Assembly: GCA_031431875.1 (NCBI GenBank)
Contig: JANPEF010000082.1
Span: 16,994 to 80,993 of the forward strand
DNA: 64,000 bases
From: Candidatus Eiseniibacteriota bacterium
GTDB taxonomy: Bacteria > Eisenbacteria > RBG-16-71-46 > DASYSL01
Direction: 5' to 3'
Shown here: in pieces, positions 24,472 through 34,678 of the stretch
Layout: each line of letters begins with the position of its first letter
Position numbering within the stretch: position 1 is the stretch's first letter
Notes under the pieces: generated by a model
Told to the model about the DNA's origin: nothing
Databases searched by the model: none
What the model saw: the letters and a program-made list of their open reading frames with translations, nothing else
Program-made: the position numbers and the translations under genes

Positions 24472-25413
24472 GTGAGCGCTTCGCGTCATCACCTGAAGCT
24501 CGGCGCCCGCGGCAGCGCGCTGGCTGTCGCGCAGGCCGAAGTCGTCGCGACCGCCCTCAAGGCGGCGCACAAGGGCCTCGACGTCACGATCGAGAAGATC
24601 GCGACGCAGGGCGATAGGGACCTCGACCGCCCGCTGCACCAGCTGGGCGGCAAGGGCGTGTTCACCAAGGAACTCGACGACGCGCTTCTCGAGGGGCGCA
24701 TCGATCTCGCCGTCCACTCGCTGAAGGACGTGCCGACGGAGCTGCCCGAGGGCCTCGCGCTCGCGGCCGTCGGTCACCGCGCGCATCCGTTCGACGTGCT
24801 GCTCACGCTCGACGGTCGCATCCTCGACGAACTCGAGGAGGGCGCGAAGATCGGCACGTCGAGCCTGCGCCGTCGCGCCCAGCTCCTCCTCTACAATCCC
24901 GACCTCGAGATCGTCGATGTGCGCGGCAACCTCGAGACGCGATGGAAGAAGCTGCAGGCCGGGCAGGTCGACGCGCTGTGCCTCGCCGCCGCCGGGCTCG
25001 AGCGCCTGGGCTGGCAAGATCGCGTGAGCGAGATCTTCACCCAGGAAATCATGGTGCCCGCGGTCGGACAGGGCTTCCTCGCCATCGTCACGCGCGAGGA
25101 CGACTCGAAGACGCGCTCTCTCGTCGAAGCCTACGAGGACCCGAAGGCCCGCATCGCGGCCGATTGCGAGCGCGGCTTCCTCGCGGCCCTGGGCGGTGGC
25201 TGCCAGGTGCCGGCCGGCGCGCTCGCCCAGGTGGTCGACAGCCAGGTCGTCATCGAGGGGATCATCGCCAGCCCCGACGGGATTCACGTCTATCGCGGCG
25301 ATCACCAGGGCCGGAAAGCCACGGCCGCCGCGATCGGCAAGCGCCTCGCCATCGACCTCCTCGATCAGGGCGGCGATCGCATCGTCGCCCGGGCGCGCGC
25401 GCAGAAGGCCTGA
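24472..25413 (+). CDS. hemC: Hydroxymethylbilane synthase
   Basis: RGSALA, KGVFTKE, AVHSLKD, GTSSLRR, RGN, GGGCQVP. Confidence 0.97.
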   Translation: MSASRHHLKLGARGSALAVAQAEVVATALKAAHKGLDVTIEKIATQGDRDLDRPLHQLGGKGVFTKELDDALLEGRIDLAVHSLKDVPTELPEGLALAAVGHRAHPFDVLLTLDGRILDELEEGAKIGTSSLRRRAQLLLYNPDLEIVDVRGNLETRWKKLQAGQVDALCLAAAGLERLGWQDRVSEIFTQEIMVPAVGQGFLAIVTREDDSKTRSLVEAYEDPKARIAADCERGFLAALGGGCQVPAGALAQVVDSQVVIEGIIASPDGIHVYRGDHQGRKATAAAIGKRLAIDLLDQGGDRIVARARAQKA

Positions 25414-25415
25414 CG

Positions 25416-26258
25416 ATGTCCGATCCCGGGCCGCTCGCCGGGCGCACCGTCGTCGTGACGCGCACGCTCGCGCAGGCCGGCGAGCTGACCGACGCGCTGC
25501 GCCGCCTCGGTGCCCGTGTGCTCGAGGCACCGGTCGTCGAGCTGGCCGATCCGCCCGACTGGGCACCGTGCGACGCCGCGGTGGCCGCGCTCACGACCTA
25601 TGACTGGATCGCCTTCACCAGCGGTAACGCGGTCGATCGCTTCGTGGCTCGTGCTGCGCGCGCGGGCCGCGACGTCGCCGCCGTGCTCGCCGCGGTGCGC
25701 ATGGGACAGTCGGCCGGTCCCCGCGCCGCCGCGATCGGCGCCGCCACGGCGCGCCGCCTGTCCGCCCGGGGCATTTCCGCCGCGCTGACCGCGGACTCGG
25801 CCCGCGCCGAGGGCCTGTTCACCGCGCTCGAACGCCTGGGCGCCGCGCGACCGGGCCGCCGCGTCCTGGTCCCGCGCGCATTCGAGGCGCGCGAGACGCT
25901 GCCCGACGCACTGCGCAGCGCGGGGGCCACGGTCGACGTCGTTCCGGTGTATCGTGTCGTCGCGACGGCCTACGACGCCGCGCCCGTGGCCGCCGCGCTG
26001 CGCGAGGGCCGGGTCGCCGCGATCACGTTCCTGAGCGGGAGTGCGGCGCGTGCTTTCGTCGTGGCGCTGGCGGCTGCCTCGTCGGCGGAGGAAGACCCGC
26101 CGGCTTTCGCCGGCGTTCAGGCCGTCGCCATCGGTCCCATCACGGCCGCGGTCGTGCGGGGGCTGGGATTCGAGCGGGTTCACGAGGCGACCGGCGCGGA
26201 CATCGCCGCGGTCGCCGCCGCCGTCGTCATCGCCTGCGAGGAGGATTCGCCATCATGA
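25416..26258 (+). CDS. hemD: Uroporphyrinogen-III synthase
   Basis: [32 protein letters not shown]; between hemC and hemB. Confidence 0.9.
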   Translation: MSDPGPLAGRTVVVTRTLAQAGELTDALRRLGARVLEAPVVELADPPDWAPCDAAVAALTTYDWIAFTSGNAVDRFVARAARAGRDVAAVLAAVRMGQSAGPRAAAIGAATARRLSARGISAALTADSARAEGLFTALERLGAARPGRRVLVPRAFEARETLPDALRSAGATVDVVPVYRVVATAYDAAPVAAALREGRVAAITFLSGSAARAFVVALAAASSAEEDPPAFAGVQAVAIGPITAAVVRGLGFERVHEATGADIAAVAAAVVIACEEDSPS

Positions 26259-27241
26259 TGTTTCCCGAGTCGCGCCTGCGCCGCCTGCGTCGCACCCCCG
26301 CGTTGCGGGCGATGGCGCGCGAGACGCGCCTCCATCCGGCGCAGTTCATCGCACCGGCGTTCGTCGTGCCCGGCAGCGGCGTGCGCCAGCCGATCGAGAT
26401 GATGCCCGGCGTCGCTCGCGTGTCGGTCGATCGCCTGGTCGAGGACGCGAAGGCGCTGGCCGGCCTCGGGATCGGCGGTGTGCTGCTGTTCGGCTTGCCG
26501 GCGGCCAAGGACGCCGTCGGCTCGGGCGCGTGGGCCGAGGACGGGCCGGTGCCCGCTGCACTGCGTGCGCTGAAGAAGGCCGACACCGGCCTCGTGCTGT
26601 TCGCCGACGTCTGCCTGTGCGAGTACACCGACCACGGCCACTGCGGCGTGATCGAGGGCGGCCACGTCAACAACGACGCGACGCTGCCGCTGCTCGCCCG
26701 CGCCGCGGTCGCCTACGCCCAGGCGGGCGCCGACGTCGTCGCACCCTCGGACATGATGGACGGGCGCATCGGCGCCGTGCGCGAGGGGCTCGACGAGGCC
26801 GCTCTGCCCGACACCGCAATCCTCGCTTACGCCGCCAAGTACGCTTCGGCGTTCTACGGGCCGTTCCGCGAGGCCGCCGGCTCGACGCCGCAGTTCGGTG
26901 ACCGCCGCGCCTACCAGATGGATCCGTCGAACCTGCGCGAGGCGATGCGCGAGATCGAGCAGGACCTGAACGAGGGCGCCGACGCGGTGATGGTCAAGCC
27001 CGCGCTGGCGTACCTCGACGTGATCCGCGCCGCTCGCGAGCGCACCGACGCCCCGGTCGCGGCCTACAACGTCAGCGGCGAGTACTCGATGGTGAAAGCC
27101 GCCGCCGCGCAGGGACTGGTCGACGAGCCGCGGGTCGTGCTCGAGATCCTCACCGGGATCCGCCGCGCGGGTGCCGACTGGATCCTCACCTACCACGCGG
27201 CCGACGCGGCGCGCTGGCTGGCCGAAGGGAAGCTCGCGTGA
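26255..27241 (+). CDS. hemB: Porphobilinogen synthase
   Basis: [47 protein letters not shown]. Confidence 0.98.
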   Translation: MMFPESRLRRLRRTPALRAMARETRLHPAQFIAPAFVVPGSGVRQPIEMMPGVARVSVDRLVEDAKALAGLGIGGVLLFGLPAAKDAVGSGAWAEDGPVPAALRALKKADTGLVLFADVCLCEYTDHGHCGVIEGGHVNNDATLPLLARAAVAYAQAGADVVAPSDMMDGRIGAVREGLDEAALPDTAILAYAAKYASAFYGPFREAAGSTPQFGDRRAYQMDPSNLREAMREIEQDLNEGADAVMVKPALAYLDVIRAARERTDAPVAAYNVSGEYSMVKAAAAQGLVDEPRVVLEILTGIRRAGADWILTYHAADAARWLAEGKLA

Positions 27242-28539
27242 GCCACACCCGCGGGCCGGTGGGCGAAGCGCTGTGGCGCGAGGCGCAGGAACTGCTGCCC
27301 GGCGGCGTCAACTCGCCCGTGCGCGCGTTCCGCGCCGTGGGCGGGAACCCGATCTTCTTCGACCGTGGCGAGGGGCCGTACCTGTTCGACGTCGACGGCA
27401 GGCGTTACATTGACCTCGTGGGTTCGTGGGGTCCACTCATTCTGGGCCACGCCCACCCGCGCATCGTCGCGGCCGCCACGCGCGCGATCGAGCGCGGCTC
27501 GTCATTCGGTGCGCCGAGCCCGGGCGAGGTCGAGCTGGCCCGGCGCGTCCTCGCGATGGTGCCGTCCCTCGAACAAGTGCGCTTCGTCAACTCGGGCACC
27601 GAGGCGGTCATGTCGGCCATCCGTCTCGCCCGTGCGGCGACCGGGCGCGACGTGATCGTGAAGTTCGAGGGCTGCTACCACGGCCACGCCGACAGCCTGC
27701 TCGTCGCCGCCGGCTCGGGCGCGCTGACGCTGGGGATCCCCGACAGCCCGGGCGTGCCGAAGGCGCTCGCCGCGCTCACCGCGGTGCTGCCATACAACGA
27801 CCTCGCCGCCGCGCAGGAGTTCTTCGCCGCACGCGGGGGCGAGGTCGCCTGCCTGCTGGTCGAGCCGATCGCCGCCAACATGGGGGTCGTGCCGCCGCGA
27901 CTCGGGTTCCTCGAGGGCCTGCGCGCACTGTGCGATCGCCACGGCGTGCTCCTGATCTTCGACGAGGTGATGACCGGCTTCCGCGTCGCCGCCGGTGGGG
28001 CGCAGGAACTGTACGGCGTGCGGCCCGACCTCACCACGCTGTCGAAGATCCTGGGCGGCGGCTTCCCCAGCGGCGCCTACGGCGGATCGCGCGCGCTCAT
28101 GCAGCTGATCGCGCCCGCCGGACCCGTCTACCAGGCCGGCACGCTGTCGGGCAACCCGGTCGCGATGGCCGCGGGGGCCGCACAGCTGGCGGTGCTCGCC
28201 GAGACGAAGCCGTGGCCCGCGCTCGAGGCCAAGGGCGCGCGGCTCGCTGCGGGCCTGGCCGTCGCCTGCGCCGAGGTCGGCGTCGAGGCGACCGTCACGC
28301 GCGTGGGCTCGATGGGCACGCTGTTCTTCCTCGCCGGTGAGGCCGGCGATTTCGCGGCCGTGAAGCGCGCCGACACCGCGCGCTTCGGCCGTTTCCATGC
28401 CGCCATGCTCGAGCGCGGGGTGTACCTGCCGCCGTCGCAGTTCGAAGCCTGGTTCCTGTCGACCGCGCACGACGACGCGGTCATCGACGAAGTGATCGCC
28501 GCCGCACGGGGAGCGCTCGCCGCCCTCGTCGCCGCCTGA
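27238..28539 (+). CDS. hemL: Glutamate-1-semialdehyde 2,1-aminomutase
   Basis: [47 protein letters not shown]. Confidence 0.97.
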   Translation: MSHTRGPVGEALWREAQELLPGGVNSPVRAFRAVGGNPIFFDRGEGPYLFDVDGRRYIDLVGSWGPLILGHAHPRIVAAATRAIERGSSFGAPSPGEVELARRVLAMVPSLEQVRFVNSGTEAVMSAIRLARAATGRDVIVKFEGCYHGHADSLLVAAGSGALTLGIPDSPGVPKALAALTAVLPYNDLAAAQEFFAARGGEVACLLVEPIAANMGVVPPRLGFLEGLRALCDRHGVLLIFDEVMTGFRVAAGGAQELYGVRPDLTTLSKILGGGFPSGAYGGSRALMQLIAPAGPVYQAGTLSGNPVAMAAGAAQLAVLAETKPWPALEAKGARLAAGLAVACAEVGVEATVTRVGSMGTLFFLAGEAGDFAAVKRADTARFGRFHAAMLERGVYLPPSQFEAWFLSTAHDDAVIDEVIAAARGALAALVAA

Positions 28540-28556
28540 CCCGGAGATTCGATTCG

Positions 28557-29843
28557 ATGCATGATCCTCGCTTCCTCCGCGAACAGAAGGACGTCGTCCG
28601 CGTCGGCGTCCTCAAGAAGGCCGGCGCCGTCCCGGCGCAGCTCGAACGGTTCTACGCGCTCGAGGAAGAGCGCCTGACGCTGCTCCAGGAGGCCGACGCG
28701 CTCAAGCAGAAGCGCAACCAGGCGAGCGAAGAAGTGGCGCGCATCAAGAAGGCCGGCGGCGACGCCGCCGGGATCATCGCCGCGCAGAAGTCGGTGGGCG
28801 ACCGCATCAAGCAGCTCGATGAACGCCTGCGTGTCGTCGAGGAGGAGGGCGAAGAGGCGGCCGCGTGGATCCCGAACCTGCCGCACGACTCGGTGCCCGA
28901 GGGCCGCGAATCGAGTGCCAACGTCGAGGTCGCGCGCAACGGCACGCTCCGCACCTACGACTTCACGCCGAAGCCGCACTGGGAGCTCGCCGCCGCGCTG
29001 GGCATCATCGACTTCGAGCGCGGACCCAAGCTCGCTGGCGGCGGCTTCCCGCTGTTCGTCGGCGACGGCGCGCGCCTGGTGCGCGCGCTGATCGACCTCA
29101 TGCTCGACCTGCACATCGAGCAGCACGGCTACACCGAGGTGCACACGCCGATCGTCATCAACTCGCGCTCGCTCCGCGGCACCGGCCAGCTGCCCAAGAT
29201 GGCCGACGACATGTACAAGATCGAGGGCGAGGACCTGTGGCTCAATCCCACGGCCGAGGTTCCGGTGACGAACATCTACGGCGACGAGATCCTCGAGCCC
29301 GGCGTCATTCCTGCCAAGCTGACCGCGTACTGCCCGTCGTTCCGCAAGGAGGCGGGCGCGTACGGCAAGGACACGCGCGGCATCCAGCGCCTGCACCAGT
29401 TCGACAAGGTCGAGATCGTGCGCTTCGTCCCCGCCGAGACCAGCTACGCCGCGCACGAGGAGCTGCGCAAGGACGTCGAGGACGTGCTGAACCTGCTCGA
29501 GCTGCCGTTCCGCGTGCTCCTGCTGTGCGCCGGCGACATGTCGTTCGCCGCCGCCAAGTGCTACGACTTCGAGACGTGGGCACCCGGCCAGGAGGCGTGG
29601 CTCGAGGTCAGCTCGTGCTCGAACTTCGAGGCGTTCCAGGCCCGCTGCGCCGGCATCCGTTTCCGCCGCGAGGCCGGGGCGAAGGCCGAGTTCGTGCACA
29701 CGCTCAACGCCTCGGGCCTCGCCCTGCCCCGGATCGTCATCACGATCCTCGAGCAGAACCAGGAGGCCGACGGCCGCGTGCGCCTGCCCAAGGCGCTGGT
29801 GCCCTACATGCGCGGCCAGGAGTGGCTGGCGCCGCGTTCCTAG
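28557..29843 (+). CDS. serS: Serine--tRNA ligase
   Basis: N-terminal coiled coil, PTAEVP, FRKEAG, HQFDKVE, EVSSCSN, HTLNASGLA. Confidence 0.98.
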   Translation: MHDPRFLREQKDVVRVGVLKKAGAVPAQLERFYALEEERLTLLQEADALKQKRNQASEEVARIKKAGGDAAGIIAAQKSVGDRIKQLDERLRVVEEEGEEAAAWIPNLPHDSVPEGRESSANVEVARNGTLRTYDFTPKPHWELAAALGIIDFERGPKLAGGGFPLFVGDGARLVRALIDLMLDLHIEQHGYTEVHTPIVINSRSLRGTGQLPKMADDMYKIEGEDLWLNPTAEVPVTNIYGDEILEPGVIPAKLTAYCPSFRKEAGAYGKDTRGIQRLHQFDKVEIVRFVPAETSYAAHEELRKDVEDVLNLLELPFRVLLLCAGDMSFAAAKCYDFETWAPGQEAWLEVSSCSNFEAFQARCAGIRFRREAGAKAEFVHTLNASGLALPRIVITILEQNQEADGRVRLPKALVPYMRGQEWLAPRS

Positions 29844-29852
29844 AATCTGCTC

Positions 29853-32384
29853 GTGCTATCGTCCGGGCTCGTGCCCTCCATCCGGAGAAGTAACCCGAAC
29901 CCATCGCGAACCGCTGCGCGGCCGTGCGCGGCGGCGACCCCTGCGATCGCCTTCGCCCTGCTTATCCTCGGGGTGGCGACCGGATCCGCTGCGCGTGCCG
30001 CACCGTCGCCGAACCCGCCCGCGGCCGGGGCCGATTCCGCGGCGAGCGCCCCCATGCCCGCACCGCCCCGCATCTCCCGCGTCTTCGACGAGTTCATCGT
30101 GCGCGCGAAGCTCGACGACATCGAGTCGAGCCGCACCCTGCGCACGCTGACCGCCAGCACGCTCGCCCGGCTGCCGGTCGACGGCCTGCGCGACGCGATT
30201 GCCTTGCAGGCCGGCGTCATCGCCCAGGGCGGCGAGCTGCACGTGCGTGGCGGCCGGGTCGGTGACGTCTCCATGGTGGTCAGCGGCGTGCCGTTGGCGG
30301 ATCCGCTGCGCGATCATCCGTTCGACCTGCCCCTGCTCGCCGTCGAGCGTGCCGAGCTGATCTCGGGTGGACTCGCCGGGCGCGATGGCGGGACGATCGC
30401 CGGCGTCCTCGATGTGCGCACCGTTGCGCCGCCCGATCGGCTCGAGACCACGTTCTCCTGGCAGAGCACGGCCGGCGCGGCCCCGCGCTACGACCGCTAC
30501 TCGGCCCGCGTGGGCACGCCGATCGGCGCGCGTTATGGCATCGTGGCCAGCGGCGAGGTGACCCTCGACGACACGCACCTGCCGGCCCTGCGCACGCCCG
30601 ACGAGCGAGAGGTGATCGGCGTGCCCATCGGCTGGCGCGGCGACAATCGCCTGCTCGCCCACGTCAAGCTCGCGCCGGTGCGCAGCAAGGGCGGGCCGAT
30701 GCTCGAGATCGTGTTCGACCGACGAGTCGAGAAGCCCTACGACCCCGCGTGGTCGCTGGTCGGCTGGGCGACGCCCTGTGTCGAGCCCGAGAGCTGCCTC
30801 ACCGGGCCGGGGTTCAGTCCGACGGAGTTGCCCGGGTATACCCCCTGGAATGCCGCGGATCACCTGCCGACCAACGACACGCGCCGCATCGCGACGATCC
30901 TGTCGTGGACGCGCACGGGCACCGGCCGCCGCCTCGGGGGCGCGCTGGCATGGATGCGGCAGGAGGAACGGCGTGCTCCGGGCGGGTCCCACGACGACTC
31001 GTACGTCACGCCGGAGAACCGCCCGCTCTATGGTCCGTACGACAGCCCGACGAGCGATCCGTTCCACGTCTACCGCGGGGAGTGGTCCCTCTATCACGAG
31101 AGTCGCGCCGAGCGGCTCTTCGCCCGCGTCGACGGAGTCATCGAGTCGGGCCCGCGCGTCACCTGGCGCGGCGGCGTGGGCGCGACCTACGACGCGGTGC
31201 GTCTGCACGAACTCGACGGCTTCCAATTCGACCGGAAACTCGACTCGTTGCGTGCCTACGAGGCCTGGGCGCCCGGTGGCTTCGCCTACGCCGGAGGGCA
31301 GTTCGTCCACGAGGGAATGGTCGCCCACCTCGACCTCCGGGCCGAGTGGTTCACCGCCGGACCGCAGGCCCGCCTGCAATCGATTCCGGGGGACGGACGA
31401 TCCATCGTCTCGCTGCAGCCGCGCCTCGGCATCGCCTTCCCGCTGGGGGATCGGGACGCGGTGAGCCTGAGCTACGTGCGCATCGAGCAGAACCCCGCGC
31501 GCGACTTCCTGTACGACAATCGGCTCCGCATCGACGGCCGCCAGCCGCTGGGCAATACGGGACTCACGACCGCCGGAATGATCTCGTACCAGGCAGCGCT
31601 CAAGCACCTCTTCGGCGAACGACTCTATCTCCAGGCCGCCGTCTTCTACCGCGATATCTTCTCGCAGATCGGCGCGCGCAACTCCATCGCGCCGGACCGC
31701 CTGCCCGTGCGCCGCTACGAGAGCGCGGACAACGGCTACGTCGGCGGCTTCGAGCTGTCGCTGCTGCGGGATGTCGGGGAGCGCAGTCACCTCGAGGCGC
31801 ACTACACGTACATGAATGCCCGAGGTACGCAGTCGCTCGAGGAAGGGGACCCCTACGGGCTGAGCATCGGCCAGCGTCCGCAGTCGATCGAGGCCACGCC
31901 GCTCAACTGGGATCGCCGGCACACGATCGCAGTCGCCGTATCGCGCCGCGCGGGGAAGGCCTGGTCGTTGTCGTGGGCGACGCGCGTCGGCTCGGGCCTG
32001 CCGTGGACGCCGCGCGAGCGTCGTACGCTCCTGTCGTCGTACGAAGAGGTGAACAGCCGGCGCTTCCCCTGGGTGGAGTGGACGGACATCGGCGTGCGCT
32101 GGACCCCGCACCTGTATGGACGGTGGCTCGAGTTCGGTCTCGACGTGCGCAACCTGTTCGACGAGCGGATCGACGCCAAGGCCGCCGTCGACGGGTATCC
32201 GAACTCGCGGATCAACACGGTCTTCGACGACTACGGCGCCTACCGCACCGAGACCGGGCTGGGGGGCGGGGCCTACTGGAACGATTCCGACGGTGACGGG
32301 CTCCCGGGCTGGGTCCCCGTCGGCGACGACCGGCTGCTGCTCCCCGGCCGCTCCGTGCGGTTGCAGGCGGGCGTTCGCTGGTAG
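29853..32384 (+). CDS. TonB-dependent receptor-like outer-membrane protein
   Basis: Plug motif LHVRGGR...ELISGG...G, barrel motifs QPRLGIAFP, FYRDI, LNWDRRH, RNLFD, terminal W; start uncertain (29853 or 29871). Confidence 0.82.
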   Translation: MLSSGLVPSIRRSNPNPSRTAARPCAAATPAIAFALLILGVATGSAARAAPSPNPPAAGADSAASAPMPAPPRISRVFDEFIVRAKLDDIESSRTLRTLTASTLARLPVDGLRDAIALQAGVIAQGGELHVRGGRVGDVSMVVSGVPLADPLRDHPFDLPLLAVERAELISGGLAGRDGGTIAGVLDVRTVAPPDRLETTFSWQSTAGAAPRYDRYSARVGTPIGARYGIVASGEVTLDDTHLPALRTPDEREVIGVPIGWRGDNRLLAHVKLAPVRSKGGPMLEIVFDRRVEKPYDPAWSLVGWATPCVEPESCLTGPGFSPTELPGYTPWNAADHLPTNDTRRIATILSWTRTGTGRRLGGALAWMRQEERRAPGGSHDDSYVTPENRPLYGPYDSPTSDPFHVYRGEWSLYHESRAERLFARVDGVIESGPRVTWRGGVGATYDAVRLHELDGFQFDRKLDSLRAYEAWAPGGFAYAGGQFVHEGMVAHLDLRAEWFTAGPQARLQSIPGDGRSIVSLQPRLGIAFPLGDRDAVSLSYVRIEQNPARDFLYDNRLRIDGRQPLGNTGLTTAGMISYQAALKHLFGERLYLQAAVFYRDIFSQIGARNSIAPDRLPVRRYESADNGYVGGFELSLLRDVGERSHLEAHYTYMNARGTQSLEEGDPYGLSIGQRPQSIEATPLNWDRRHTIAVAVSRRAGKAWSLSWATRVGSGLPWTPRERRTLLSSYEEVNSRRFPWVEWTDIGVRWTPHLYGRWLEFGLDVRNLFDERIDAKAAVDGYPNSRINTVFDDYGAYRTETGLGGGAYWNDSDGDGLPGWVPVGDDRLLLPGRSVRLQAGVRW

Positions 32385-32419
32385 CCGAGCCGCCGGGGCG
32401 AAGTGCTATCTTCGAAGCC

Positions 32420-33784
32420 GTGACCCCGGACCCGGACGACCACGCCCCGACTCCCGCACCCGTCGCCCGCAGCCGCACGCCCGCGCGCCGCCGAGGCTTT
32501 CTCGGCCTCGGCCTGGGCCGCGCGGGCCTGCCGCGCCTGTTCCAGGGCTACCTCTTCCTCGGTGTCGCCGGCATCGTGCTGGCGGTCTTCGTCTTCACCA
32601 ACGTCGTCGTCGCCCGGTTGGCCTCGCAGGTGCAGTCGACGTCCGAGGTCTTCGCGCGTTTCTGCGCCACCGCTTCCTTCCCGGCGACGACCGACACGAC
32701 GCTCCAGGCGATCGTGGGCGACGTCATCCAGGGCCTCAACTTCCCGATCGTGCTGACCGACGCGCGCGGGGTGCCGCGTGCCTGGAAGGGCATCGCGACC
32801 CGGACCGACGACGTGCCAGCCGACTCGATCGAGGCGTTCGCGAGCGGTCGGCTGATCGATCCCGACTTGCGCGGAAAGATCGAGAGCATCCAGGCCGACG
32901 TCGAACGGATGGACCGACGCCACGCCCCGATCGCGATGACCCGGCCATCGGGCGGCGATGCGCTCGGCCAGGTGCACTGGGGCGACCCGCCGGGTCTCGA
33001 GCTCCTGCGCTGGCTGCCGTTCGTTGCCCTGGCGGTGATGCTGCTGTTCGTCGGGCTCGCGGTGTACGGCGCGCGCTCGATCAAGCTGTCCGAGCAGCGC
33101 TCGATCTGGGTCGGGCTGGCGCGCGAGACCGCCCACCAGCTGGGCACGCCGATCTCGTCGCTGCTGGGCTGGATCGAGCTCCTGCTCGACCGGGTGAAGA
33201 GTGGCAGCGGCCCCGACGTCACGCTGCCCCGGGCCGAGATCGCGGCCATGCTCGGTGAGATGGAGAATGACGCCGCCCGTCTCAACAAGGTGGCGTCGCG
33301 CTTCAGCCACATCGGTTCGATCCCGAACCTGGCGCTCATGGACATCACCCCGGTCGTGGCCGAGGCGGTACACTACCTGAAGCGTCGCCTGCCGCACCTG
33401 GGGCGGAGAATCGACATCCGCGAGGTGTATGGCGATGTGCCGCCCATCAACGCCAGCCGCGAGCTGCTCGAGTGGGTGGTCGAGAACCTCCTCGTCAACG
33501 CGATCAACGCGGTCGACGAGAAGGGGGGCTGGATCGAGATCCGCCTCGAGCGCCGCCCCGAGACCGAGCGGGTCGAGCTCACGGTCACCGACAACGGCCG
33601 GGGCATGACGCCCGAACAGGCGGCTCGCGCATTCGAGCCGGGCTTCACCACGCGTTCCCGCGGCTGGGGTCTGGGGCTCGCGCTGGTCAAGCGCATCGTC
33701 GAGGAGTTCCACGGCGGCACCATCGAGATCCGGCGCACCGCGCCGGGGGAAGGGACCTCGTTTGGCATCGAATTTCCGACCTGA
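32420..33784 (+). CDS. Membrane sensor histidine kinase
   Basis: Two TM helices, H-box ETAHQLGTP, N-box ENLLVNA, DNGRG, GWGLGL. Confidence 0.93.
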   Translation: MTPDPDDHAPTPAPVARSRTPARRRGFLGLGLGRAGLPRLFQGYLFLGVAGIVLAVFVFTNVVVARLASQVQSTSEVFARFCATASFPATTDTTLQAIVGDVIQGLNFPIVLTDARGVPRAWKGIATRTDDVPADSIEAFASGRLIDPDLRGKIESIQADVERMDRRHAPIAMTRPSGGDALGQVHWGDPPGLELLRWLPFVALAVMLLFVGLAVYGARSIKLSEQRSIWVGLARETAHQLGTPISSLLGWIELLLDRVKSGSGPDVTLPRAEIAAMLGEMENDAARLNKVASRFSHIGSIPNLALMDITPVVAEAVHYLKRRLPHLGRRIDIREVYGDVPPINASRELLEWVVENLLVNAINAVDEKGGWIEIRLERRPETERVELTVTDNGRGMTPEQAARAFEPGFTTRSRGWGLGLALVKRIVEEFHGGTIEIRRTAPGEGTSFGIEFPT

Positions 33785-33785
33785 G

Positions 33786-34673
33786 GTGACGGCCTTCGTC
33801 GCGGCGGCGCTGGCCGCGGTGGTGCTCGCGGGCGTCGGGGTGCCCGACGGCGCGGCGGCCCGGCGCACCCGCTCGCCGCGCCCGGCCTCCGGCGCGGACT
33901 CGAACACGATCGTCTACGTCGTCGATGAATCGACCAGCGCGGCGCATACGCTCGTGCACGAGATCCGTTCCAACTACGGCGGCGACGACAACTTCGCGGC
34001 CATGGACGGGATCCGCTACTACATCACCTACGTCATGCCCGGTCCCGAGGGCGCGCCGGTGCGCACCTGGACCGAGGCGCACTACATCTGGCTGCACGGC
34101 GCGCCGCGGGCGCGCATCGAGACCGTCGAGGACAGCACGGTCATCCTGGTCAACGGCGACACGACGCACGTGCGCCGTGCCGGCCGGTGGATCGACGATC
34201 CGGTCCCGGTCGCGGCCGCGCGCGAGCAGGCGCTCGACGCGATCTGGGCGGCGCGCCTGCCGCGCAACCTCAACCACCCCGGCATCCGCGCCCGCCAGCT
34301 TGCCGAGGCGCAGCGCGGCGTGCCGTTCACCACGCGCTACTTCTACGAGCATCCCGGACTCGACCGGCCCGAGGGCACCATCCTCGAGGTCACGTTCGCG
34401 CCGCCGGCATACACGCTGCAGCGGCTCTACACCTTCGATCCGCGCGCGAAGGCGTGGACGATCCTCGAACTCGCCGACGACAAGAGCCGCTACGACTGGA
34501 CGTGGGCCGAGCGGCGCACGTTGCGCGCCGCGAACGCCGCGGGCGAGCCCGGGCCGATCCTGTGGACGGCGCTGGTGCAGGACATGCAACTCGAGGGCCG
34601 CATGCCGGACCTCCTGCTGTCGCCGCCCGATGCCGGTGCCGGCGTGGTGAGCACCCCGTCGAAGGGACGCTGA
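33786..34673 (+). CDS. Exported hypothetical protein
   Basis: Signal-peptide-like N-terminus, coding-like codon pattern, tight spacing between kinase and regulator. Confidence 0.65.
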   Translation: MTAFVAAALAAVVLAGVGVPDGAAARRTRSPRPASGADSNTIVYVVDESTSAAHTLVHEIRSNYGGDDNFAAMDGIRYYITYVMPGPEGAPVRTWTEAHYIWLHGAPRARIETVEDSTVILVNGDTTHVRRAGRWIDDPVPVAAAREQALDAIWAARLPRNLNHPGIRARQLAEAQRGVPFTTRYFYEHPGLDRPEGTILEVTFAPPAYTLQRLYTFDPRAKAWTILELADDKSRYDWTWAERRTLRAANAAGEPGPILWTALVQDMQLEGRMPDLLLSPPDAGAGVVSTPSKGR

Positions 34674-34678
34674 ACGCG

